Positions 39,644-51,574 of a stretch of 64,000 nucleotides of DNA are shown in pieces. The notes beneath the pieces are model-generated. The model had not been told where the DNA came from. It ran no database searches and was given only the letters and a program-made list of their open reading frames with translations. The DNA comes from Octopus vulgaris. Taxonomy: Eukaryota. Location: NCBI GenBank assembly GCA_951406725.2, contig OX597820.1, forward strand, positions 2,976,001 to 3,040,000. The letters are read 5' to 3'. Numbering within the stretch: position 1 is the first letter of the stretch; every line of letters begins with the position of its first letter. The position numbers and the translations under genes are program-made.

Positions 39644-41144
39644 TTAACCCTTTCGTTACCAACCCTGCTGAAACTGCCTCTGGCTCTGTAGTACAAATGT
39701 CTTGTTTTCATAAGTTTTGTTTTAAAATCTTCCACCAAACCTTAGTCACAATTTATGTTCCTAACACTAGCTTAATGATAACTAAGTTATTTTACTAAAT
39801 TCTTTGTTATATTTAAAATTAATTGAAAGCAACACAGAGCATCTCAAAATAAATACAATAATGAAAAGGTTAAAATATATAATAGAGAAACAATTCTTAA
39901 CCCTTTCGATACCAACCCAGCTGAAAGTGCTTCTGGCTCTGTATTACAAATGTCTTGTTTTCATAAGTTTTGAATTAAAATCTTCCACCAAACCTTAGTC
40001 ACAATTTATGTTCCTAACACTAGCTTAATGATAACTAAGTTATTTTACTAAATTCTTTGTTATATTTAAAATTAATTGAAAGCAACACAGAGCATCTCAA
40101 AATAAATACAATAATGAAAAGGTTAAAATATATAATAGAGAAACAATTCTTAACCCTTTGATACCAACCTGGCTCAAACTGCTCTGCAGTACAAATGTCT
40201 TGTTTTCATAAGTTTTGAATTAAAATCTTCCACCAAACTTTAGTCACAATTTATGTTCCTAACATTAGCTTAATGATAACTAAGTTATTTTACTAAATTC
40301 TTTGTTATATTTAAAATTAATTGAAAGAAACACAGAGCATCTCAAAATAAATACAATAATGAAAAGGTTAAAATATATAATAGAGAAACAATTCTTAACC
40401 CTTTGATACCAACCTGGCTCAAACTGCTCTGCTCTGTATTACAAATGTCTTGTTTTCATAAAAGTTTTGAATTAAAATCTTCCACCAAACCTTAGTCACA
40501 ATTTATGTTCCTAACACTAGCTTAATTATAACTAAGTTATTTTACTAAATTCTTTGTTATATTTAAAATTAATTGAAAGAAACACAGAGCATCTCAAAAT
40601 AAATACAATAATGAAAAGGTTAAAATATATAATAGAGAAACAATTCTTAACCCTTTGATACCAACCTGGCTCAAACTGCTCTGCAGTACAAATGTCTTGT
40701 TTTCATAAGTTTTGAATTAAAATCTTCCACCAAACTTTAGTCACAATTTATGTTCCTAACATTAGCTTAATTATAACTAAGTTATTTTACTAAATTCTTT
40801 GTTATATTTAAAATTAATTGAAAGAAACACAGAGCATCTCAAAATAAATACAATAATGAAAAGGTTAAAATATATAATAGAGAAACAATTCTTAACCCTT
40901 TCGATACCAACCCAGCTCAAACTGCTTCTGGCAGTACAAATGTCTTGTTTTCATAAAGTTTTGAATTAAAATCTTCCACCAAACTTTAGTCACAATTTAT
41001 GTTCCTAACATTAGCTTAATTATAACTAAGTTATTTTACTAAATTCTTTGTTATATTTAAAATTAATTGAAAGAAACACAGAGCATCTCAACAGAAATAT
41101 GGTAAGAAAAGGGTTAAAATATATAATAGAGAAACAATTCTTAA
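39644..41144 (+). repeat. Tandem array of six piggyBac-like MITEs (~250-bp unit including a 23-bp flank)
   Basis: Units start ttaacccttt at ~39644, 39897, 40150, 40395, 40647 and 40892; each ends aaggttaa/gggttaa plus aatatataatagagaaacaattc. Confidence 0.9.
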
Positions 41145-41155
41145 AAATCAAGTAA

Positions 41156-41374
<219 letters not shown>

Positions 41375-42006
41375 TAAATCTTTTGTTTTTTACTAGCTTC
41401 AGTTATTGGATTGTGGCCATGCTGGGGCACTTCTTTGAAGGGTTTTTGTCAAACAAATCGAACCCAGTATTTATTTTTAAGACTGGTACTTATATTCTAT
41501 CAATTTTGTTTTGCTGAACTGCTATGTTGTGGGGATGTAAACAAACCAACACCAGTTGTCAAGCAGTGGGACACACACACACACATATGAGTATATGTAT
41601 GAAAGGCTTCCACGCAGTTTCCATTTCCTTGATTTACTTACAAGACATTGGTTGGCCCAGAGCTATTGTAAAAAACAGTTGCCCAAAGTGCCATGCAGTG
41701 GAACTGAACTCAAAACCACCTGGCCACAAAGTATGCTTCTTAACCACAGAGCCATGTCAGCCTCTCTTTATCTCTCAATGATGAAGTCCAGTGAGTTCCA
41801 ACAGAATAATTCCTTCTGCAATTAATGGTAGTACAATAGTTTGGAAAAGTTGTGTTTAATTCTTCTGACATGGAAACGTTACCTGGAATGGCTCCAACAT
41901 TCTATCTCTGCTGGTGGCTGGGGGTCTCTCTTATCAGCTTAATATCATAGAATCTTATAATATAAAATAAATAAAAATTAAACATTTTTTAAAATATTCT
42001 AAATAT

Positions 42007-42225
42007 TTAACTTTTTGTTACCATATTTCTGTTGAAACACATTGGTTTTATTTTAATTAGGTTTTGAAAATAATAAAGAATTTAGTTAAATAGCTTTGTC
42101 ATTATTAAATTGGCGTTTGGAACATAAATTAACATAAAATTTTAATGGAAGAAAGTTTTAATTAAGATTAATTTAAAACAGGTGATTTGTAACAGAACTA
42201 ATGATTGGTTTTTAAAAAAGATTAA
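42007..42225 (-). mobile_element. Diverged antisense copy of the same piggyBac-like MITE
   Basis: ttaac...ttaccatatttctgttga...aaagaatttagt...ggaacataaatt is the reverse complement of the array unit. Confidence 0.7.
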
Positions 42226-42602
42226 ATAAAAATTTTAAGTGTTAAAAGAAAATAAATTTAAATATATTAATGATGGATCAAAAGGGTCAATTAAAATGTT
42301 ATATATTAAAAAAAAAATTAAGGTTAAATATTCTAATTCTCTTATGCATTTCAGCCCAAAGGCTGTGGCCATGCTGGAGTGCCACCACTGTTACAATGTT
42401 TTCAGTGGCTATTCTTTTGTGATTCACTTTTGGTGAAGGGTCAGCCCAAGGCTGTAATAGTAGACACTTGCCGAAAGTGCCATGTAGTGGGACTGAACTC
42501 AGCACCATGTGGTCGGGAAGCAAATTTCTTACCACACGGCCACGCCTATGTACTACTTTATGTAATTTTAAATAATATTCAGTTTTTATTGCAACTTATT
42601 GA

Positions 42603-42737
<135 letters not shown>

Positions 42738-43643
42738 ATTTACCATTAATAGTGACAAGGAAATGACCATTGAAACAAGTTTTAATGTGAAGTTATATAA
42801 CAGAACATTTATGAAATCTGGATTTGCATATTTGATTGTAAAAATTACTAATTGAATTATGTCTGTTTTCAAAGAGTTTAACATTTCTAAAGTTGAAGAT
42901 TCAACCATCCACTGGCATCAATTTACCGTTTTGATTTTTAACATTACGAATTATTCACTCTACATAATAAGTCAAGTTAGCTTCTGAAAAAGTGTGTAAT
43001 TATATGAGAAGCCTAAATTATTTTAACTTTGTTTATATATATATATATTTGTGTGTGTATGTATATATAAAGGTATTTGAATTTGTACAAATAATAATAA
43101 TAATGATATATATATATATATACATTTATGAGTAAAATTGTTGTATACTTTTTAATTAACTCTTGGGTGTTGAGCCAAATGTATAGCCGAGAAACTGATG
43201 ACATTTATTATATGCATTTTTAATTAATTTTTAAACATTAATGAAGACATTTAAAGTTTTGGTTGTCAGTGTTTTATGTCTTTTAACTAATCATTTCGTT
43301 ACATTTTAAAATGTCAACAGATTTAAACTAATCACAATCATTCTGAATTTTCCCTCATCTTTAAAGTCAGCACCAAAATCATCGTAGCCATCGCCATTTA
43401 ACATGTTTTTCCATGCTGGCATGAGTTGGACGGTTCAGTAGGACCTAAAAAGCTAAAGGGCTGCACCAAACCCCACTTGTCTGGTTTAGCATGATTTCTA
43501 CAGCTAGATGCCCTTCCCTAACACCAGCCACTTTACCGCGTGCACTGGGTGATTTTTTTTTCCAAGGCATCAGCCCTAGTGGAAGCATTGTATTTTATGC
43601 ATTTCTTCATGCTGACCTGGGTTGAACTGATTCATAATTTACC

Positions 43644-43874
43644 TATTTCTTTACTACCCACAAGGGGCTAAACACAGAGGGGACAAACAAGGACAGACAA
43701 ACGGATTAAGTCGATTATATCGACCCCCAGTGCGTAACTGGTACTTATTTAATCGATCCTGAAAGGATGAAAGGCAAAGTCGACCTCGACAGAATTTGAA
43801 CTCAGAACGTAACGGCAGACGAAATACTGCTAAGCATTCCGGCCAACGTGCTAACGTTTCTGCCAGCTTGCTGC
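43644..43874 (-). mobile_element. Same SINE family, 17-bp TSD
   Basis: ctgattcataatttacc on both sides. Confidence 0.85.
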
Positions 43875-44069
43875 CTGATTCATAATTTACCATTCTACAT
43901 ACGTTGGTCTTTGATTATCCCTTCAGTGAATCCTTTTTCCAGAAACAAGATTGATTTGATATAATCTCAGACCATTTTTAATTGCTTCCATCTTCTATTG
44001 AAATTTCTCCTCTACTGGCCATCTTTGTACACTTGAAAGCTTTTTTTTTTGCTGACTCTGGAATCTGTC

Positions 44070-44473
44070 CAGAACCAAACGCATACCCTCCATCAGATAC
44101 CTACCATATTCTGAGCGCCTTGTTTCCCTGGGCATGGATTCACTGAAGCTCCGGCGTCTGGCGACGGACTTGGTAAACACCCACAAGGTTATCAACCACC
44201 TCACCAACAACACTGAACACCTTTTTGATCTCCATGTGTCTAACACACGTGGACATGCCTACAAAGTCAGAAAACAACACAGCTCCCATGACTTTCGGAA
44301 ACATTTTTTCACGCTCAGAGTTGCTGAAGCATGGAATAAACTGCCTGCGTCAGTTGTTGACTGCCATGACACTGCATCCTTTAAGGCCCTCATGCTTCCC
44401 GAAATCCGTTGAAACTACACCTGATTATATATACACTTTAGATGAGTTGTAGTGCACCTGAGCACTGTACACA

Positions 44474-44510
<37 letters not shown>
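44070..44510 (+). mobile_element. 5'-truncated CR1-clade LINE 3' end with (ATT)n tail
   Basis: YSERL..LG.DSL.LRR...DL....K...TRGH.YK......R.HFF..RV...WNKLP..VV. Confidence 0.85.
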
Positions 44511-44511
<1 letters not shown>

Positions 44512-46298
44512 GAAATATGCAAATTTATATGCACAATTAAACTTAATTGGAGCAGGGAAAATGCACACTTTATTTTCTGGCTTACAAGTTGAATTTCTCA
44601 CATCAAAATTATAAAAAGTTAGGCTGACGACTTTGGATGACCAAAAATTCCATATGGAATACAGCAAGATTTGAAAAGAGTGTGACGATGTTTGAAATTT
44701 TTGCACTACATGTTTACACTACATGTTTACACTACATATACTTCACTGACTTGTATGCAAGGAAATACAGTATCAGTCATTCAAAGATAGAGTTAACTTT
44801 AAGAACTTACCACTGAATGCCAAGATTCTCACCCCACCAACTGCAACCTGGTCACTGACACAGTTCCAGTGCAACACATGATCTCAGATCAAAACACTGG
44901 TCAAACTTAACTGTATTACCTTTATTGCTTCTCATCCCCCCCACTCCCAAAATACCCACAGAATTATTTCTTCTACCAATGGCTTTAAAATTTCATTAAA
45001 GTGCCAAACTATAAAGAAGGATTTTTAAAAAATGTTCTGATAATTGCTTTAAATATTTTTCTTACATGTAATTTACACTACATCAATATTTCCCCTCCCC
45101 TCCAATGAAATACATGTGGAAGTGTGTGGACTGGTGGTTAGGGCATTGCACTCACAATCACTAGATTGTGAGTTCAATTGCTGGACTGGGCAGTGTGTTG
45201 TGTTCTTGAGCAAAACACTTCACTTTATGTTGGTCCAGTCCACTCAGCTGTAAATGGGTACACCCCTGCAAATGAACAGCCCTCTCATCAGGGGAAGAAT
45301 GTTGTTCTGCTCACCTAGTCAGCAGGGTGGCATCATTTGAAAGTTAAGACAATGTGAAGCACACTGTGATCAGTGATGTGTAACAACATCCGATTGTCTG
45401 GTCCATACTTTGTTACTGTGATCAATTACATAGTGTAAAAACTCATCATGGCATACCATTCCTTGTGTAAGCTCTTCAAATGCAAACGGAATGTTATTAC
45501 CAATTTTACATTCATTTTAATTTTTGAGACGTACTTAACAGGCAAAGGATTTGATCTGAGACTTTGTGTTGAACCCACAACAATTGCAGAGTGGAGGACC
45601 CTTGTTTTAGCTGGTCAAAACCACACAAAAACCTCTTAACTTAAACATTTATTATTTGATGTCAACATTTTCGTGCACGAAAACAGTGAATCGGTCGCAG
45701 ACGTGGTTGCATAGCAGATCTTGACTCATCTGTTGATTCACTTTAGATTATGCTCAAAACCCCCAAAATTATGAATATCAGAAAACCCAAATAAGGGTTG
45801 GAAGTTTTTCGTGTTTTTTTGTAAAATCAGAATCACTCACAGAATATCTTTGACAAGTAATTCACACCAAATATTATAATTATTATATTTAATGAAATTG
45901 TATTTTTTATTTTATTTATGTTTGTTGATTTATTTTAGTTTTGCAAGATTTTCTTTTCCAAAAAATAGTTCTAATTATCCCTGCACCAATTATATTACAT
46001 AGCAGTTATTTGGACCAGTGATGGAATTATTTAACGAAGCATATAAATAAAATAAAAAAATTCTGCGAAAATTTGTTGGGTGGGGTGGTCTGCATTGATA
46101 AGAATGATTGAGTAAAGTTTGAAGAATTACAAGAATCCTAATGTATTGAGTCAAAATCTTTGATTGGCAAAGAAGCGTTTCTCTATCAATCTCCTTTAAT
46201 GCAAAACTTGGCATCTTACATCAAGATTCTCTTATATTCACAGCTGAGAACCTCAACAAATTTTACAACCATCCTTTGTTAAATAGAGGTTCAAAATT

Positions 46299-46337
<39 letters not shown>

Positions 46338-46387
46338 GAGGGAACAACAAAGCGTGTTAGTTTGGACGCTCAAGAAAATGAAAGTGT

Positions 46388-46423
46388 CTTTGATGTTTCG
46401 AGTCTCTGCTCTTCTACAGAAAG
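46388..46423 (-). ncRNA. Degenerate hammerhead motif (core CUGUAGA), probably inactive
   Basis: CUUU CUGUAGA A GAG-CAGAGA-CUC GAAA CAUC AAAG; flank related to the 24.7-kb copy (ttggacgctca.gaaa). Confidence 0.4.
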
Positions 46424-46659
46424 GAATGAGAAAACAAACGGAGAGAGAAAAAGAACAAGTCTGGATTAATGGTTGCGCTTGTTGAATTTACTTTTGAGGT
46501 AGTTTAATAACAATTTTGCTGTCTTACATCTATTTTAGTCTTTCTTTGGTTTCAGTCACTGGGCTGTGGCCATGCTGGTGCACCACTTTGAAGAGTCTCG
46601 GTCGATCGTGTCATCCATAGTATTTATATCAGTCTCCTCATCAACTGTGCTTACTTTCC

Positions 46660-47110
46660 ACAGCAGCTCCAGACTGGCCGCTGGGAGAGGATGACATAAA
46701 ATCCATAAACTTCCCAGATCACATCATACCAATGCCTCTCAGCCTGAGATAATGATCTTCTCAAATTCCACCAAAAAAAGTGATCAAGTGGGGACTGATT
46801 GTACCCTGGGAAGGACACGTGGGGCATGCTCATTGGAGGAAACTTGCCAAATGCCAGGAGCTGGTAGAGCAGTGCAGAAATCAGGACTGGTAATTAAAGT
46901 AGTTTTGTAGGGCATTCAAAGTTCTGAATGGGTTGGAGTTACTGCAGAGGGGGCCACTAGGGTGGCTTTGGATAAAGAGAAGAGGCTGGTGGTTTGCTGC
47001 TATTGGGATCTGATCAACCCTAGCAGGATCAAGTGGACAAGGAAGTTTGATGTTGAGAGTTCTGATCCGCTCCCCAAAAACCCCAGAAGCTTCACTGGTG
47101 ATGTGTATCA
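46660..47110 (+). mobile_element. HERO/NeSL-like RLE retrotransposon 3' remnant
   Basis: FPDHI...PEIMIFSNSTKKVI...L.VPWEG...H.RKLAK.QELVEQCRNQ.W...AEGATRWLWIKR across frameshifts. Confidence 0.65.
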
Positions 47111-47283
47111 GAATATCCATGAGATGGATTTTAGAACTAATGATTTCTATCAAACGAACTAAATGCTAAATACCAAGATTCCGAGTTCGATTCCAGGCAG
47201 TGACCTGAATAATAATAATAATAATAATAACAACATCGAAAAATACTTTAGGAATGAGAACCCAGGTTCAAAATTTCCCCCGA

Positions 47284-47329
47284 GACACCTGATGAAGGCT
47301 GGAGGATATATCAGCCGAAATGTTGTGTT
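47284..47329 (+). ncRNA. Minimal type-I hammerhead in a Penelope-like terminal repeat
   Basis: gacac CUGAUGA A ggctg-(10 nt)-cagcc GAAA UG UU gtgtt; stem III AAUGUU looks like CpG-decayed AACGUU. Confidence 0.65.
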
Positions 47330-48428
47330 AACAACAAATAAGATGAGGACAAATATTCATCAAATGTAAATCATCATCATCGTTTAGCGTCCGCTTTCCA
47401 TGCTGGCATGGGTTGGACGGTGCAACTGGGGTCTGGGAAGCCAGAAGGCTGCACCAGGCCCAGTCTGATCTGGCAATGCTTCTACGGCTGGATGCCCTTC
47501 CTAACGCCAGCCACTCCATGAGTGTAGTGGGTGCTTTTTACGTGCCAGACGAGGCTGGCAAACAGCAATGATCGGATGGTGCTTTTTACGTGCCACCGGC
47601 ACGGGTGTACATAATTCTTCATCTCTTAAATATAGAACTGTATGAACTAAATACTACCTTTTAATTTAAAGGGACATAACACACAACAGGTGCACACATA
47701 AACCCATATGTATGCAAGGATGAGTGTGACACACACACACACATTTAATGTATACAGTATAGCGATAATAGCTTCTTCCTTAGGAGACATGCGTTTAAGT
47801 AGGTTTTTAATAACATGCCCTGTGTTCTCCAAGCAATCTTCAGGTTCTCAGCACATGGTCTATTCTATTTGAAAATCAGAGTGCTGGTATATGAAAAATC
47901 ATGAGAAAAAAAAAATGAAGAGAAAGTTGGTGCAAAAGGTGGAAGGATAAATAAAATGGAAAGAAAAAATTAGAGTTATGTCCCCTTTGACCATAGAAGT
48001 ATAAGTGAACTAGTAGAAAAATTCAACAAAGAGGGGGTCAAAGTCTGTGAGACAGCTGTTCAATCTGGAGAGCATGGTGTTCTCCAAAAGAAATTTGTTC
48101 ATATGCTTGCATTTACAGGAAATTTCACATCTCAAATTAAGTGGTGCAGTGGAATTCTTAGATCTAAAAAGTATGTACGATCTTTCAGCAATGTGTAATC
48201 TGCATTTCTTAGATCCATTACATATGACATAGATTTCTCTCCAATTTTCCACTTGATTGCATGTAGCATTCAGTTGATCTTCAAACCACAGATGAGGCTT
48301 TTCTTTTGCCATTGTCCAGGAAAGATGGTTTGCATATCTTTTGAAAATGCCTTTGCATAACCAGATGTAGCTTTTCTTTACTGTTAGGTTATCTTGAAGT
48401 GTTGCTGTAACATCTGCCTCATACATAC

Positions 48429-48547
48429 CTGGTCAAGTGGACAAGCTTCAGGGTTTTGACATTTTCAACTTGGAGTGGGCTCTTGATGAGGTTTGCAAGT
48501 TATAATGTTCTTTATAGTAGCAGATGTATCATATTTCAATTGAGCAT
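48429..48547 (-). other. Candidate alternative or 3' exon of the minus-strand gene (phase 1: DAQLKYDTSATIKNIITCKPHQEPTPS*, stop at 48465)
   Basis: ttttttttaacag acceptor and CCAG|gtatgt donor; phase 1 is the longest open frame. No homology recognised. Confidence 0.3.
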
Positions 48548-50864
48548 CTGTTAAAAAAAATATTCCTGTATTTATGGTTTACTGGGAAATGCTAATCTAA
48601 AAGAGGCAGTAATTTCATGCCTATGTTAGTTTTAACACTTAGGAAGTAGGTGGGAATCATATTATTTTCCTAGGTCTATTTTTATGATTAGTATTTTTAC
48701 TTGAAAGGTTGTAATATCTTAAATATAAGATAAATTATGAAACTTCATTCAACTTACAAAAATACAGGATATCCAGTTGTAGAAACCATTCCAAAGCAGA
48801 CATGGAACAGATGCTGTCCTTGGGCCTATTGGATCCTGTGAAATCATCCAGCCCCTTACCAGCATGGAACATGGAGATGAAATATGATGATGAAATGTAA
48901 GTTTTGAAGAACAAGTGTGGAAAGAAAAGTTAGAATGATAATGACTAGAATGTCTTTGACCACAGGTCTGTTTGGTAAGAAGGGATCACATGGATTAAAT
49001 AACAGCCAAAAGAAAAAAAACACAAGAGAAAATTAGATATATATTAAGAAAATTTTATTTTTACTATAATATATATATATATATAAAAAACAATTATATA
49101 AAAATGTCGAAGGAGGCACAATTTCCTTTTAATGATATCAAAAAGAGTTTCAAAGAATTTAGCACCAATAACTGAACTGAAGGCAACAAACTTCATTCTG
49201 TCCATTTTACCATTTTCATTTAATGTGAAGAGAATCATGAATTTATTACAAAATGTTGACACCAAAGAAGAAAAAAAATATTCTCATTAAATTCTTCAGT
49301 TCATGCTTAAACAAAGATGATCAAAAACAGATAAAATTTAATTAAAAAAAAAAAAAATTAAACATTTTTATACATCGTTATTAGTTACTGTAATAATTTA
49401 TGAAACCTCACAATGAATGTAGTTGTGAATAAATAAACAACTTATATATTTACATATTTCAATTAATTAAAGTGAAGACGTGTTTTTCAAAACTCATTAG
49501 TGACAGTTTCAGATGAAATAATTTTAAAAAATAATAAATATTCCACAATATTTTGTTTTTGTATTTGGTTTGCAAGATTCGTAATGTGAACTCATTTGAA
49601 GAAACAAATTTTGTTGTATCTTGGGAGGGTCATTATGCCAATAATAAGCACATGCACTGGTTTCACTTCTTTTCGTGTTTTTCAGTAATTGGTTCACTAT
49701 TTAAACAGTCAAGTAATCAACTGTCTGATTACTTGTTCAGTGAAGTAATCTATTAAGGCCTTTTCCCCACTGTTTGCAATCTCTTTAATGACATGTTCTC
49801 TCTAATCCACATCAGCTTTAAGTCTGTCTGTGTGTCTTGATTAATTGATTAACCAATTAATCAATTGACTAATAAATAATATGGAAGTGAAATAGAGCCA
49901 GTATGTGTGTGTGTGTGTTTATCACTGGCATAGTGACTCTCTTAAGCTAAATCAAAATTATTCTAGATATTTTGAAAAAAAAAAAAAAGAAAATGACTGG
50001 AAACAAATTATTGGTGAGCGCAAGCAGAATAAAGACAGCTTCCTAAAGCAGTAAATCACTACAAAATCAGAATAAATAAATGGAATCCAGGAATAATAAT
50101 GATATCAGTACAACCCCTGTAATGTTTAATAAAGACAATGTGTTTGAAATGGGCAGGATTTCAGTGCCAAATTTCACACCCCTATCATTATTAATATGTG
50201 AAAACAATAATAGGAGAGTATGATCTTGCATTTTCTCCCCTTATTTCCTTAATTTCAACTTCAAGCTACTAATCCCACCAAATGTTATGAAGAAATGCTT
50301 ATCTCCCTTGTATTAACTGTCTGATAGCATACATCAGGTATGTGTGTGACTAATACATATATGCCCTCATTTTAACATCTACTTTTCCATGCTTGCATGG
50401 GTCTCTCTCCCTATATATATATGTGTGTGTGTATATATATGTGTGTGTGTGTGTGTATATATATATGTATATATATATATATATATGTATATATACACAC
50501 ATACATTTGTTACATCAAAGTCTTGTTAATTTTAATGTATTGGAGAATTACAATCATTATTGCTAAGCCTGTACAACATGGACGGAAAAATCATATTGGT
50601 TATTATTTTGAGCAGTTTGGTTTGGCCCCATGCAACTTTAATTTTCATAGGATTCTTCAAGGAACCTAGCTTGTTGGGCTACTCACTACTTTGTATACAT
50701 AGCAAACCTGGGCACCAAACCGTTAAGCCATTAATTGTTAATAAGCGAAGTTAAAATTTTTGTTAACTTTTCAATTAAGAGTGGCCATCTTTGATATATT
50801 GTATGGGTGAGTGGACAAACAAAACTTAGCTGGACAAGCTAGGCTTTGTTTGTCCACTCACCAC

Positions 50865-50895
<31 letters not shown>

Positions 50896-50899
50896 TACA

Positions 50900-51162
50900 A
50901 ATATAGGGTGAAAAATTATTAATTTAATAAAATCAACAAATTTTACCTAGAAGCTTTTTGGTATGGAAAAAGACCATATTCGGTAAAAACTTATACATAA
51001 AGTTTTTTTATATATAATTATAACAATAAGGGTTTAGCGACAAGTTGTCTGACCACATACCGAAAATTTTAGAAATAGCAGCCAAAGTAGTCTTTTGGTT
51101 GCTATTTCTAAAATTTTCGGTATGTGGTCAGGTAACTTGTTGCTAAACCCTTATTGTTATAA
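50900..51162. mobile_element. Penelope-like fold-back element (hairpin 51018-51162 plus tail)
   Basis: ~70-bp near-perfect arms, loop gtagtc; same family as 28270-28510; follows (TA)n. Confidence 0.7.
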
Positions 51163-51539
51163 TCTTTATATATAAAAGTAAGGTTGTGTATGTCTGTCTC
51201 CTACGATTTAGATTCCAAACTAATCCCACATTTTGCGGTGCAGTTTAACCAAAACCGGGTATCTTATAGTCGTGATTCATATCGAGCCCTTCTGGGTATT
51301 AGCGCACGTCTACGATGAGTTTACGATTTAAAAAAAAATTTACCATAATTTTTTCGCTATTATATAAGGGAAGTAACTCTCTAAAAATGTCTACGAAGAG
51401 TCAACGATTTAAAAAAATTTACCATAATTTTTTTTCCATTTTTAATGCATTTTTTTGCTATTTTTTGGCTATAACTCTCTAAAAATGCTTATATAGTTAT
51501 TTCCCTTACAAACCCGAGCAACGCCGGGCGATACTGCTA

Positions 51540-51540
<1 letters not shown>
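51163..51540 (+). mobile_element. Complete non-autonomous Helitron
   Basis: A|TC 5' end; subterminal hairpin cccgagcaacgccggg; CTAG|T 3' end; no TSD; internal direct repeats. Confidence 0.85.

Positions 51541-51574
<34 letters not shown>

Noticed and set aside
43190-43210. gaaactgatga in the ZCCHC24 3'UTR
   Set aside because: No flanking helices compatible with any hammerhead topology.
48010-48426. 138-aa minus ORF
   Set aside because: No recognisable domain; it starts right at a putative donor site, so it is probably intronic or UTR.
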